This document shows positions 1 to 10,684 of a DNA stretch of 64,000 nucleotides, piece after piece. Origin of the DNA: Thiotrichaceae bacterium UBA973. Lineage in GTDB: Bacteria > Pseudomonadota > Gammaproteobacteria > Eutrophobiales > Eutrophobiaceae. The stretch lies in contig DBBX01000003.1 of assembly GCA_002292815.1 (NCBI GenBank), positions 8,160 through 72,159 on the forward strand, given 5' to 3'. The number at the start of each line of letters is the position of its first letter. The first letter of the stretch is position 1. The translations under genes and the position numbers were made by a program. The notes beneath the pieces are model-generated. The model did not search any database. It was not told where the DNA came from and was given only the letters and a program-made list of their open reading frames with translations.

Positions 1-145
1 AACCGGCATGTAATGGATGTTCAGCAGGTACATCGGCGAATAATAAATTTAAGAATCCCTTAGAATAGCCATAGTTGGCTTTTCTCTAATGCAGGGTAAA
101 ATTAAAAAAACAAAATAATTTAGAAGAAAAGAGGTGAAATAAGAC

Positions 146-520
146 ATGAAAAAAATAATCCTCATATCACTCATGTTCTGTTCCTGTCATGTCTATGCAC
201 AAGACACAAAAGAATACGGATGTAGTTTTGACCAAGGATATCAACTAATCAGTGAAGACGGCATGAGTACATTTGATGGTGGAAAGATACTTGTTACTGT
301 TGAAAATAGACAAACATCTTTATTCAGTAATGATGGTGGGTTTGGGGAGCAAGTTCTTGATGTTTACCAGTCTACTTCAGATAAGATTGCTTCATTAAAA
401 TTGTCTGATGATAATTATATGCATTTTGTATTAAACTTAGAGAATAAACGTTTTGTGCTCACATCAACCGTGGCAACTTCGTATTCCTCAATGGTGCAAG
501 GTAACTGTGTAGACATTTAA
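146..520 (+). CDS. Hypothetical exported protein
   Basis: 124-aa ORF with GAGGTG RBS and signal peptide (MKKIILISLMFCSCHVYA). No family recognised. Confidence 0.6.
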   Translation: MKKIILISLMFCSCHVYAQDTKEYGCSFDQGYQLISEDGMSTFDGGKILVTVENRQTSLFSNDGGFGEQVLDVYQSTSDKIASLKLSDDNYMHFVLNLENKRFVLTSTVATSYSSMVQGNCVDI

Positions 521-566
521 GCATTAGCCATGAAAAACTTATCCCTTTTATTCTGTTGCTCCCTAT

Positions 567-935
567 ATGAAAATTAATTGGAAAAAAGGGTTGCTTGGGA
601 TTCACGTTGTTATATCCATAATATGGATTATAAGCTTTGGCATAATTTTCTACCTTCAGCATGACTCTCTAAAGCAAGAATACCAAATTGCCTTAATAAA
701 GCAGCCTCATGAATATGAAAACTGCATGGATAAGCAAGCCCGAATTTTTAAATCTTCAGAAGAGGATGCGGAAAGTTATTGTAAATTGCTTGTGCCAGAC
801 CCAAATATAAAATATCGACCTCTCATACAAAAAGTACCTAAAGAGGCAGCGATAACTATGATTCTATACCCTCTCACTGCCCCTATAATTGGAGTACTAA
901 TCGCCCTAATCGTAATTCGGATAAAACGCGTATAG
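567..935 (+). CDS. Hypothetical membrane protein with two TM segments and a periplasmic Cys pair
   Basis: N- and C-terminal hydrophobic helices flank a soluble loop containing two Cys. Confidence 0.55.
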   Translation: MKINWKKGLLGIHVVISIIWIISFGIIFYLQHDSLKQEYQIALIKQPHEYENCMDKQARIFKSSEEDAESYCKLLVPDPNIKYRPLIQKVPKEAAITMILYPLTAPIIGVLIALIVIRIKRV

Positions 936-974
936 GTATAAATACTACTGTCAAGTTAACTCGTATTAAGTCAC

Positions 975-2363
975 CTAGAACCATTTCATCAATAGGCGAA
1001 GGAGCTTTATTTTATTACCATAGGGCGCATACAACAATTTATTATCGATCCATGTTGCTGATTTGAGCATGCTTTTCTTATGGGAAAATCGTTCAAATCC
1101 ATCAACACCATGATAACTACCAATACCGCTTTCTCCCACGCCGCCGAAGGGAAGATGTGAATTTCCCATACGGAACACACAATTATTTATACAGCCACCG
1201 CCAAACTGTATATTGGAAATTAGTTCTTGTTGAATAGATTTGTCTTCACTAAATATATAGCAGGCCAATGGATGTTGAGGTAATTGTGCTATGACGGAAT
1301 AGATATCTTCAAAACTTGTATAATCTAATATAGGCAATAAAGGCCCGAAAATTTCCTCAGACATTGATTTATCATCTAGCGACACATCACGCATTACTGT
1401 TGGTGCAATATATTTTTAGGCTGCATTAGTTTGCCCTCCGACAACGACCTTGTCTTGTTCAATCATATTTGCAATACGTTCAAAATGACCATCATTAACA
1501 ATGCGACCAAAGTCTGGACTGCTTGACGGATCCTCCCCGTAGCTATGGATAATTCGTTGTTTCAGTTTTTTAATAAATGTTTCTTTAATATTTCTATGTA
1601 GTAACACATAGTCTGGAGCAATACATGTTTGACCCGCATTTAAAAACTTACCATTCACAATTCGATTAACGGCAATATCAATATTGGCATCATCATGAAC
1701 GATGCAGGGACTTTTACCACCCAACTCCAATGTTACAGGCGTTAAATTTTTTGCCGCTGCGCTCATAACAATAGAACCGACCCGCGGACTACCGGTAAAG
1801 AAAATATGGTCAAATTTTTGTTCTAATAGCGCGGTAGTCTCTTTAACTTCGCCAGGCACATAAGCAATATAATTTTCTTCAAATATTTCCTCTATCAACT
1901 TTTGGGTCACTTCACTGCAAGTCGGCGTCATCTCGGAAGTCTTGATCACCGCAGTATTACCAGCAGCAATCGCAGCAATTAATGGAGAAAACGTTAGGTT
2001 AATAGGATAATTGTATGGTGCGATTATCAAATTCACACCAAGGGGGGAAAAATAGATTTTGCTAGTGGCTGGTTGAACGAGCATAGATGTTGATGTTCGT
2101 TTAGGTTTCATCCATTTTTTTAGTTTCTTCATTGTCTCTGTCAATTCGTGTTGACAAAATCCTGTTTCAGAAAGATATGCTTCAAATTCTTTTTTTCCTA
2201 AATCCTGTTTCAATGCAGCATGAAAGTCTTTTTCATATTTCAAAAGACCAGACTTTAGTTTCTGCAAACACTTAATACGAGTTTCATATTTTTGTGTAAT
2301 CCCTGTGTTATAGAATTGGCGCTGCTTGGAAACAACGTCAATTATCTTTTGCTCTATATCCAT
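975..2363 (-). pseudogene. NAD(P)-dependent aldehyde dehydrogenase (ALDH3/coniferyl-aldehyde type) interrupted by an in-frame TAA
   Basis: Motifs FTGS, LELGGKSP, NAGQTCIAPDY, EEIFGPLLP, LPFGGVGESGIG. The two track ORFs share a frame and read GGQTNAA*KYIAPTVMRDV across a single TAA at 1416-1418. Confidence 0.85.
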
Positions 2364-2399
2364 AATTTATATCCTTTATCAATCTATAATACTTCTGAG

Positions 2400-2448
2400 T
2401 TTGTCATGCCTATCTTGATTATGTAAATCCACAACATATCATGACAAA
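2400..2448. promoter_or_regulatory. 9-bp inverted repeat TTTGTCATG-N31-CATGACAAA upstream of the ALDH gene (possible operator or hairpin)
   Basis: Perfect inverted repeat in the intergenic region; function inferred. Confidence 0.3.
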
Positions 2449-2486
2449 TAATGAGTAAGCACATTAACAGCGCTATAAATAAAACA

Positions 2487-3167
2487 CTATCTGATTAATG
2501 CAAGCATTTGAGATGTATTAATACGTTTTACTTGTTTATCCTTAACAACATGTTGCTCAGTCGCTAAATGAATAATGGCATGAGCTACATCAATAGACTC
2601 AATCGGTTTATAATTTGCCAAGGCACCTACCATAAAAGGATTAATTATTTTCATCACGCATTGAAGCAATTTTTCATCTATTCTTTGCTCTTCACGAGGC
2701 CCAGACAATGGCCCGGGTTGCATATACGTTAATTTAACCATGTCGAGTTGTTGCATAGCCATTTCCATTTCGCCTTTGCATCGAAGGTAATGAGAACGAG
2801 CCTTAGTTGATGCACCTAAACATGAAACAACAATAATATGTTGCACGCCTAATGCCTGCATATTTTTCGCCACCTTAATCACTAGTTCAACATCAACAGC
2901 GTGCAACTTCTTTTTACTGCCCGCTTTTTTTAACGTTGTACCTAGCGCAATCACGCCCACTAACGGGCAGTCCGATAGCGAGTTAATAGCAGGTGGATTT
3001 AATTCTGGACTCAACCATTGAGTCAGTTTTTGATGCTCTATTCCAATAGGTCGTCGAGAAAGCGAGTAGACGCGGCTAATACTTTCATTATCTAGCGCTG
3101 TATTTAATGTGGATTGACCGACTAAACCTGTTGCACCTGCGATGACTATTGATAAACGTTGAGACAT
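2487..3167 (-). CDS. NAD(P)-binding oxidoreductase, YraR/TIP30-like atypical SDR
   Basis: GATGLVG Rossmann motif; ALGTTLKKAGS, VDVELV and YLRCKGEME motifs. Confidence 0.85.
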   Translation of the reverse strand: MSQRLSIVIAGATGLVGQSTLNTALDNESISRVYSLSRRPIGIEHQKLTQWLSPELNPPAINSLSDCPLVGVIALGTTLKKAGSKKKLHAVDVELVIKVAKNMQALGVQHIIVVSCLGASTKARSHYLRCKGEMEMAMQQLDMVKLTYMQPGPLSGPREEQRIDEKLLQCVMKIINPFMVGALANYKPIESIDVAHAIIHLATEQHVVKDKQVKRINTSQMLALIR

Positions 3168-3675
3168 ACTTACACCCTAAGCAAATAATTAGTTTTTGAT
3201 TAATTCGAAACTTTAACTGCACAATAGCAAAACTGATAATATATTTTGAGTATAAGTCAAACAAATAGCCTAGCTTTTGGTTACATTTGAAGTCGCACGA
3301 ATAATGTTGAGTTGCCCTCTAAAAGATAATGTTCCGTCTTACGATCACGCCCCGTTATGATCACATTTTTCTAGCCTTTATGAATATTTTCTGATCAAAA
3401 ACATCAACATAACTGCTTCTAAGACTAAAGCCATGCGGCTGCATCGATTAGACCCTGCCTCACCCCCCGACTAGTTCCACTTTGAATAATTTTCCAACTA
3501 CGGCACTAGGTTCATCAAGTCGAATAAGTAACCCATTGAATCTGATTTAGTTTTTTGCCAAGATACACATTGAAAGTGTACGTTTTTTTCAGTAATTGAA
3601 CACAATGCAAAATGGCAGGAAAATAATTCTTAGATATGATCTGCTTAGAAAAAAACAAATTGAGTGTGTCTTCTT

Positions 3676-3718
3676 TTCTGACTCAGTCAGTAGAGGTTCG
3701 AATCCCCTGCAGCCAGCC
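3676..3718 (+). other. Degenerate 3' half of a tRNA-Gln(CUG) gene (att-site-like remnant)
   Basis: TTCTGAC anticodon loop, AGAGG-TTCGAAT-CCCCT T-arm and CCAGCC end typical of tRNA-Gln. No 5' half or D-arm upstream. Confidence 0.6.
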
Positions 3719-3753
3719 GAACTCATACTTTTACTTTATCTAACTCTAATCAA

Positions 3754-4212
3754 ATGAATTTAATACCTGTCGTATTTATCTTTTATTTAACCCATTTATT
3801 AACTTCCTGTTCAGATATAAATTCAGCTTCTTCTTTGGTTAGTAGGAATGGTTTGAAATATGAGATTAATTCACAAACCCCATTTACTGGTCAATATATT
3901 GCTTATTACAATAATGGAAAAAAGAAAACTGAATCAAATATCGCTGATGGTAAAGAGAATGGGCTTGTAACATGGTGGTATGAAAATGGGCAAAAAGAAT
4001 TAGAAGAGAACTACAAGTTTGGAAAGAAAACAGGGCTTAGAACTGAGTGGTATCAAAATGGAAGGAAACAAAGCGAACAGAATTATAAGTATGATAAGAG
4101 AGATGGACTAATGATTACCTGGGATAAGGATGGCAATATCAATGGAATGAAAATATATAAAAATGATGTGCTGGCTAAAAAGACCGGATTAAAGTATGGC
4201 TTATATCAATAA
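3754..4212 (+). CDS. MORN-variant repeat lipoprotein (YwqK antitoxin-like family)
   Basis: Lipobox-like LTSC; PFTG motif; repeated (W/Y)YxNGxKxxExNYxxGxxxG units. Confidence 0.75.
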   Translation: MNLIPVVFIFYLTHLLTSCSDINSASSLVSRNGLKYEINSQTPFTGQYIAYYNNGKKKTESNIADGKENGLVTWWYENGQKELEENYKFGKKTGLRTEWYQNGRKQSEQNYKYDKRDGLMITWDKDGNINGMKIYKNDVLAKKTGLKYGLYQ

Positions 4213-4218
4213 GCTATT

Positions 4219-4488
4219 TTAATCTTTTACATTGAGTCTCTTATCCAGTTTTTCATCAACCAAATCTACTTTCTCAGCTCTGCGGATACCCATATGTAAA
4301 ACGCCACCGCAAAAACTGACTACTTGATCACTATTAAGGAATTCTTCTTCGTCCTTTTTTGTAGCTTCTCGTGCAGCTTTAAAATCAATTAGGTAATTTG
4401 CTTCTTGATCAGGAAGATCAACAACATCACCCTTGCGAATCTTCACTCCAGATTCGACATAAAAACCTCTTAACGCAATAACCTTCAT
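4219..4488 (-). CDS. Small phage-like hypothetical protein
   Basis: N-terminus MKVIALRGF...KGDVVDLPDQEANYLI resembles small proteins found next to phage capsid genes (by-eye recognition). Confidence 0.45.
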   Translation of the reverse strand: MKVIALRGFYVESGVKIRKGDVVDLPDQEANYLIDFKAAREATKKDEEEFLNSDQVVSFCGGVLHMGIRRAEKVDLVDEKLDKRLNVKD

Positions 4489-5053
4489 ACCAAAAACTCC
4501 GAAAAAACTGTTTCTACTAATATTTGAGTATTAGGAATATATCACAAATATTTTAAGGCTGAAAAAACGAAATAATTCAGTATATAACGTAGCCTTACAA
4601 GCTAATAAAAAACCAATAATCAACTGATCGCCTTGATGAATAGAGGCATCACGGACCATTTTTATCACAAATCAGCTATATTTTGACCGCTATGTCTATT
4701 TCCAGGTTCCCGACAACATGGTCAACATCTATTGATGCATCACCATTTTTGAGGTCACTGGCAGCAATTTTCTCTTGCAGTTGAGCCCTATAGTTTCGAA
4801 TATACTTATTTCTGGTGCATTGCCACATAGCTGAACACCATCATAATGGCTGAAAATACACTGTTGTATATCTCACCCAGCGAGCAGTTTTAATCCTTAA
4901 AGTAGTGAATAATAAACCGTTCTCTTTTTAGGCTTTATCAATCCTTGATCAGCGTTAAGCGCTACTCTCGCTTAAAATTAATGCTGTGTACAAGACAAGA
5001 ATAATTTGACGATGCCTCAGCATAGATAAAATGAAGCATAATGCATGCCATTT

Positions 5054-6286
5054 TTATGCTAGCTGGCTCTTAATCTGTATCTCATTATGTAGCGTTTTAT
5101 GCACTGGACACATATCCGCAATTTCAAGAAGACGTTGGCGCTCTGCATCAGTAAGTTTTCCTTCCAACTTAATAGTCTTTTCTATCTTATCTACCAAACC
5201 TGTTTTGGAATCACAGTCAGAACAGTCTTCTACATGAATATGATCATGCTTCATCGTGACTTCTATATTGTCTAGATTCAGATTTTTTCTAGTCGCATAC
5301 ATTCGCATCGTCATTGAGGTGCATGCGCCAAGTGCCGCCAATAACAACTCATAAGGATTGGGGCCCAGATTTGATCCACTAGCCGACAAGGGTTCATCCG
5401 CGATTAATTGGTGATCTTGCGTATAGATTTTTCGTGTGAATTTTTTATTTTGTTCAGTAACTAAAACATGGCCGCTTTCTATCGTTGGTGCCGTGCCCGA
5501 AGAGGCCTCATGATTCACATCGGTAATTTCAAGATAGCGTGCTGCCCAACTTGAAACAATACTGGCGACATACTCTGAATCTTCACGTCTTGATAACAAG
5601 TGATCTGCTTTATCAAGTGATATAAAACTTTTGGGATGTTTTGCTGCAGAATATATTTTTGCAGCTTCACCAATAGCGACCGTTTCATCAATGGGTGAAT
5701 GCAACACCAATAAGGCTTTATCCAACTGACCGATATGTGTCGTGTCATTATAGGTGTTGATGTCTTCGACAAACTGTTTTTTTATCTTGAATTGTCTTCC
5801 AGCTAAATCTACCAGTGCCTCATCATTATTATTAACTATTTCTTCTTTGGCATGAGAAAACAAATGTTCGACATGATGTCCCGTTGAAGGCGCGCCTATT
5901 GTTACTACCGCTTTCAATGATGGTATTGAATGGGCAGCCGCCAAAACGGCAGCACCTCCTAAACTATGGCCAATTATCATAACCGGAGCAGCATAATTTT
6001 CTTCTAAATGATTCGCTGCCTGAATCAGGTCACTGATATTCGATGAAAAATTAGTATTGGCAAAATCACCGTCGCTATTACCCAGGCCAGTAAAATCAAA
6101 CCGTAACACTGCAATGCCTTTATTTGCTAATGCCCTTGTGATTCTCGATGCCGCAGCAATATCTTTCGAGCAAGTAAAACAATGAGCAAATAGAGCATAA
6201 GCCTTAGTTTCCGTATCAGGTATTTCTAATAAACCTGATAGACATTCACCTTGTGTGTTTTTAAAACTGGCTTTTACTCTAGGCAT
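5054..6286 (-). CDS. Bifunctional alpha/beta hydrolase-OsmC family protein
   Basis: [16 protein letters not shown] and GHSLGG, followed by the OsmC domain [19 protein letters not shown]...CPVHKTL. Confidence 0.92.
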   Translation of the reverse strand: MPRVKASFKNTQGECLSGLLEIPDTETKAYALFAHCFTCSKDIAAASRITRALANKGIAVLRFDFTGLGNSDGDFANTNFSSNISDLIQAANHLEENYAAPVMIIGHSLGGAAVLAAAHSIPSLKAVVTIGAPSTGHHVEHLFSHAKEEIVNNNDEALVDLAGRQFKIKKQFVEDINTYNDTTHIGQLDKALLVLHSPIDETVAIGEAAKIYSAAKHPKSFISLDKADHLLSRREDSEYVASIVSSWAARYLEITDVNHEASSGTAPTIESGHVLVTEQNKKFTRKIYTQDHQLIADEPLSASGSNLGPNPYELLLAALGACTSMTMRMYATRKNLNLDNIEVTMKHDHIHVEDCSDCDSKTGLVDKIEKTIKLEGKLTDAERQRLLEIADMCPVHKTLHNEIQIKSQLA

Positions 6287-6509
6287 TACAAGCTCCTTTT
6301 TAATTTTGGTAGTAGCTAATCAGCCTTTCTCTTTATAAAGACTCGAATAATATGTGCCCGAAATGAACAAGTAACAAGCATACATCCTATTAAAGATTCT
6401 TCAGCAACAAATATAGTTACAAACGACCGCTTATTTAGGACCTCGATACTCGTTATCATTCTAAAGATCGACTATAGTATAAATAGTTAACTGTATTTCG
6501 ATACCGAAC

Positions 6510-7028
6510 ATGGAGATAGAAATAATGAGCACAAATAGAGTAAAAATCCTGCCGTTCCTGTTCATATCTCTAATCTTACTAAGCGCTTGCGAACAACAGA
6601 GTGAAACCAGTCAAACTAATCCTGACAGAATCTCCTACGATGCTAATGTTCACGAAAAAACTTTTGGAAAGCATATAATTCATATTAACGCCCTAACAAC
6701 AGATCAGCTGCCAACCGAAGTTGCTCAAGGATACAAGATTTCCCGTAGTAAAAACCGAGCTATGCTGAATGTCACCGTCCGTGAAAAGCAAGGAGAGGTT
6801 GAAACACCCATAACTGCTGTAGTTAACGTCATTGCTAAAAACCTGAGCAGCCAGTTAAAAAACATTAAATTGAGAGAAATAAAGGAAGCTGACCCCGTTG
6901 CAATTTACTATATTGGTGTACTCCCAGTGGGCAATAGAGAAACAATCATTTTTGATATTGACGTGACGCCTGCCGGCACGAACAAGCCAGTTCTAGTTTC
7001 TTACAGACATAAATTCTTTACAGAATAA
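6510..7028 (+). CDS. DUF4426-family lipoprotein
   Basis: Lipobox LSAC; motifs VAQGYKISRSKNRAMLNV, AKNLSSQ and AIYYIG. Confidence 0.75.
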   Translation: MEIEIMSTNRVKILPFLFISLILLSACEQQSETSQTNPDRISYDANVHEKTFGKHIIHINALTTDQLPTEVAQGYKISRSKNRAMLNVTVREKQGEVETPITAVVNVIAKNLSSQLKNIKLREIKEADPVAIYYIGVLPVGNRETIIFDIDVTPAGTNKPVLVSYRHKFFTE

Positions 7029-7035
7029 TTAGCAT

Positions 7036-8583
7036 CTAATTATTTTTATTTTTCCGTTTTGCCTTAACACGGTTTACTGCCGCTGTTATATCATCCTGTT
7101 TCTTCTTTAGTACGGATTCTTTGTTGACATGTTCTTCGTCAACTATTGGGGGTTTAATCCGCTTGTCGAGTTTTCGCTGTTCTGTTCGCTGTTGTTTATT
7201 GAGATATCGTTGTTTGTTTTGTTCTGCTTTTAATTGAGTTTGTCGATTATCCCAAATACGATTTTTTGATTGTCGATATTCATCCACCAAGGGAATGTGA
7301 CTCGGGCAAACATAAGAGCAGCAACCGCACTCTATACAATCAAACAAGTGGTAATCTAGCAATCGTTCGGTATTAAATTCTTTACTCTGCCAATGCAGTT
7401 GTTGAGGTTGTAAATTCACAGGGCATACCGGAGCGCATTCATCACAACGGATACAGGGTGATTCTTTTATTTTTGAATTATTAAATTGGGAGTCAACGGC
7501 CAATAAGCAATTTGTCGTTTTAATAACCGGCACATTATCATCATATAATCGAAAACCCATCATGGGGCCACCCATAATCAAGTATTCGCATTGCTCATTA
7601 TATCCACCACATTGTTCTATGACCTCGTCCATGGGTGTACCAAGCAAAACCTCAAGATTACAAGCTTGATTTATTCCGGGGCCCGTTATCGTAACAATGC
7701 GGCTGATCAGCGGCTCGTCGTCAACAATCGCTTTTTTAACGGCAACGGCAGTACCTACGTTATAACAAACAACACCGACATCAACCGGCAAGCCTTCGGC
7801 AGCCACTTCAATACCCGTTATTGATTTAATAAGTTGTTTCTCACCACCGGCAGGATAGAGACTAGATATCAATCTTAATTTAATATCGATGTTTGCATTA
7901 CTATTCAGTGTTTCTTGCAATGCATTTATCGCTTCAGTTTTATTATCTTCTATAGCGATAACGCATTCGTCTACTTGCAATGCATGCGCGAGAATTTCCA
8001 CACCAGCAATAACATCTTTTGCATAATGTCGTATCAATATCTCGTCACAACTAATATAGGGTTCACATTCGGCTGCATTTAAAATCAATAATTCAATATC
8101 AAGATTAAAACCTGGAATAATCTTCACTGCAGATGGAAATCCAGCACCACCCAAACCAACAACTCCGGCTTCAAGTATTTTTTGCTGAATCTTAACTGGA
8201 CTCAGACTGTAGAAATCGACAGTCGGTGTTCTGTTCTCAATCCATTTATCTTCACCATCTGCTGCAATCACAATACAAGGTGACATTGCTCCAGATGGAT
8301 TCGGGAGAAGATGCTCAGCTATCTCTTTAATAGCACCCGAGGTACTGGCATGGACTGGCGCACTAATAGAGCCCTGCTCTTTTGCAATTACTTGTCCTTT
8401 TAAGACCTGATCTCCGACTTTAATAATAGGTAATGCAGGTAAACCGATATGCTGGCGTAAGGGGATTTTAATTATACTTGGTAGTTTTGCTTTTTTTAGC
8501 GGCTGTTCCAGAGACATCGCCTTATTTGGTGATAATTGTATACCGCCACCAAATGGAATTGGTTTCTCTAAAACAGTAATCAT
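7036..8583 (-). CDS. rnfC: Rnf/Rsx electron transport complex subunit C
   Basis: PLRQHIG, PVHASTSG, AGVVGLGGAGFP, NAAECEPYISCD, YPAGGEKQLI, GGPMMG and two CxxCxxCxxxCP clusters. ATG at 8583 is the likely start. Confidence 0.93.
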   Translation of the reverse strand: MITVLEKPIPFGGGIQLSPNKAMSLEQPLKKAKLPSIIKIPLRQHIGLPALPIIKVGDQVLKGQVIAKEQGSISAPVHASTSGAIKEIAEHLLPNPSGAMSPCIVIAADGEDKWIENRTPTVDFYSLSPVKIQQKILEAGVVGLGGAGFPSAVKIIPGFNLDIELLILNAAECEPYISCDEILIRHYAKDVIAGVEILAHALQVDECVIAIEDNKTEAINALQETLNSNANIDIKLRLISSLYPAGGEKQLIKSITGIEVAAEGLPVDVGVVCYNVGTAVAVKKAIVDDEPLISRIVTITGPGINQACNLEVLLGTPMDEVIEQCGGYNEQCEYLIMGGPMMGFRLYDDNVPVIKTTNCLLAVDSQFNNSKIKESPCIRCDECAPVCPVNLQPQQLHWQSKEFNTERLLDYHLFDCIECGCCSYVCPSHIPLVDEYRQSKNRIWDNRQTQLKAEQNKQRYLNKQQRTEQRKLDKRIKPPIVDEEHVNKESVLKKKQDDITAAVNRVKAKRKNKNN

Positions 8584-8747
8584 CCTGCTATGGCTTCCCG
8601 AAAATATAGGCTTAATTGAGAATGAATTATAACATAGCATTTCGTTTGAAATTCGCATGCCTGATTTAATCTAACATATCCCTTATCCTATTTAGGTATT
8701 ACAATCGCAGGCAATGCATAATACTTGGATATTAAATATTATTTATC

Positions 8748-9695
8748 ATGCTGACACTTGAAAACGACAAACGTGTAAAAGGCGAATTGGAAACCGTCTG
8801 GGAAATACTCACTGATATAAAGTGTTTTGCTGATGCAGGTCCTGACATTATCCGTGTTGAAATACTATCCGGTGAAGGTCTGGGTATGATAAGACGCGTT
8901 CACCATAGAATCAGCGGTTCATGGGAAGAAGAATGCATTGAATGGGAACCACAATCTCATTTCACTATGCAAGTGAGGGGTGATAATTATCTATTACCAG
9001 TAACTTACCTGCGCCGTACAACCAGCATGGTGCAAAAACAAAAAAATGTTGTCATCGCTATTCGATATGAATACACGCCGAAGTATGGTCCTTTTGGTTT
9101 CTTCCTCAATAAGCACCAAATCATTCCTATTCTTAATCTATTCTCTACACAATTAGTCGATAATCTGGCAAAGATAATTCAGCAGCGAAATTTAGATATA
9201 TCTATATCGGCTGCAACAATATTAAAAAGTAAAAGCACAGAAATTCATACAATAGTACCAGAGACCTTAATTTCGGAAGCGTGCAAGATCCTCACAGAAA
9301 ACAGAATTGGCAGTCTTATTGTGCTGGACCCAGAGGGAAAGATTGCGGGTATTCTATCTGAACGCGACATCGTCAATGGTATTTCCACAACAGGTCAACC
9401 TATACTGAATAAAACCGTCAAGGAATTCATGACATGCAATGTTATTATTAGTCATCCGGAAGATACACTCGCCACACTAATGGCGATAATGAGTTCAAAA
9501 CGTATTCGCCATCTACCTGTTGTTGATGATAACGACTACTTAGCCGGTGTGATTAGTATTGGCGATATTGTAAATGCGCGTATGTCTGAACTTGAACAAG
9601 AGTCAGCCGCTATGCATCAATACATTGAAGGTCGAAAATGGCGAGAAGTTGCAATGCAAATTGGTCGAGCCTCTGCATCAGAAGAATTTAGTTAG
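8748..9695 (+). CDS. SRPBCC (START/polyketide cyclase-like) domain fused to a CBS pair
   Basis: N-terminal VWEILTD...GEGLGMIRR...EECIEWEP. C-terminal CBS pair with GILSERDIV and RIRHLPVVD...GVISIGDIV. Confidence 0.8.
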   Translation: MLTLENDKRVKGELETVWEILTDIKCFADAGPDIIRVEILSGEGLGMIRRVHHRISGSWEEECIEWEPQSHFTMQVRGDNYLLPVTYLRRTTSMVQKQKNVVIAIRYEYTPKYGPFGFFLNKHQIIPILNLFSTQLVDNLAKIIQQRNLDISISAATILKSKSTEIHTIVPETLISEACKILTENRIGSLIVLDPEGKIAGILSERDIVNGISTTGQPILNKTVKEFMTCNVIISHPEDTLATLMAIMSSKRIRHLPVVDDNDYLAGVISIGDIVNARMSELEQESAAMHQYIEGRKWREVAMQIGRASASEEFS

Positions 9696-9698
9696 TTT

Positions 9699-10001
9699 CT
9701 AAACATACCAGACACCATTACTTGCCATACAGTCGATTGAATCCAGTGCCATATGAATAATCAGTCCGATACCAACATAACGTAATGGTTTGATAAAACA
9801 AATTACGCCATAAATAATAACCGGTATAAATTCATGCAGTGGATGGAATCCAATACTACATCGATTGGGATCGTATATTGGATCAGCGAGTAAATGATCA
9901 AGATCAACGAGCATCGTTGCGATCATAATACAATAGGCAACCTTCCATTTTTTTTTAAAAAATAGTAGAGCTGGCACCAATGGTACCAGTAAATGAAGCA
10001 A
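9699..10001 (-). CDS. DUF6122 family membrane protein
   Basis: TMLVDLDHLLADPIYDPNRCSIGFHPLH motif. Start uncertain (TTG, or an upstream in-frame ACG). Confidence 0.8.
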   Translation of the reverse strand: MLHLLVPLVPALLFFKKKWKVAYCIMIATMLVDLDHLLADPIYDPNRCSIGFHPLHEFIPVIIYGVICFIKPLRYVGIGLIIHMALDSIDCMASNGVWYV

Positions 10002-10032
10002 TAGATGAAGGATGCCGTTTCTCGTTCTTTAC

Positions 10033-10596
10033 TTAAGGTAGCTCTGTCATAACTTGTTGTAATGATTTTCGTATAGTCTTCGGTACCTCAGCTGGAAAAC
10101 CATACCAAATTAGTCCAACAATTTTTTCCAGGTCTTTATTGACCCAAACTAAATCATAAAATCGATCTTCACGAGTTACCGGACCTGTCGACCACTTTGT
10201 ACCGATGCCTTTATCCCATAGGCAAAGCATCATGTTTTGAATAACACAGCAACAAGCAGCATAGTCTTCCTGAAAGAGTAACTCGTCATTTGATTTTTGA
10301 CAGGTCACAAGTAACCAGCCCGGTATCTCCATCCAACGTTTATACTTCTTTTCAGCAGCCTCTATCCCCTTTGTTTCAATTAGCGTTTCCTTATTCAGCT
10401 CACAAATACTACTTACTGTTTCCTGTCCTAATGAATAAAAATGCCATGGTTCAGAAAGATGATGGTTTGGCGCCCAACACGCTGTCGCCAATGCATCTTT
10501 AATTACCGATAGTTCTGGAACCTGTTCAGAAATGAAATCGTGGATCGTGCGACGAGATTTAATTATCTCATCCAGGTCCATCGTGTGATTAACCAT
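10033..10596 (-). CDS. Nitroreductase family protein (YdjA-like)
   Basis: RRTIHDF, WAPNHHLSEPWHF, EDYAAC and GIGTKWSTG motifs. Confidence 0.88.
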   Translation of the reverse strand: MVNHTMDLDEIIKSRRTIHDFISEQVPELSVIKDALATACWAPNHHLSEPWHFYSLGQETVSSICELNKETLIETKGIEAAEKKYKRWMEIPGWLLVTCQKSNDELLFQEDYAACCCVIQNMMLCLWDKGIGTKWSTGPVTREDRFYDLVWVNKDLEKIVGLIWYGFPAEVPKTIRKSLQQVMTELP

Positions 10597-10684
10597 TAAA
10601 ACCTCGTTAAATTTTCGTAATTAATATTAAAAATATTTCTTGCTTAGGGATAATAGCATTTGCATCTTATTCAAACCTTGATGA

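Noticed and set aside
1..80. Possible minus-strand coding fragment (ANYGYSKGFLNLLFADVPAEHPLHAG) at the window edge
   Set aside because: It has an upstream in-frame stop, no start codon, and is too short to assign.
1416..1418. Programmed readthrough or selenocysteine in the ALDH gene
   Set aside because: The codon is TAA, not TGA or TAG, at a non-catalytic position, and TAA is used as a normal stop throughout the window.
3640..3720. Functional tRNA gene
   Set aside because: There is no 5' acceptor strand or D-arm, the T-stem has a mismatch, and it ends CCG rather than CCA. Kept only as a remnant.
4676..4828. ~50-aa minus-strand ORF MWQCTRNKY...
   Set aside because: No RBS or recognisable motif; probably decayed or random sequence.
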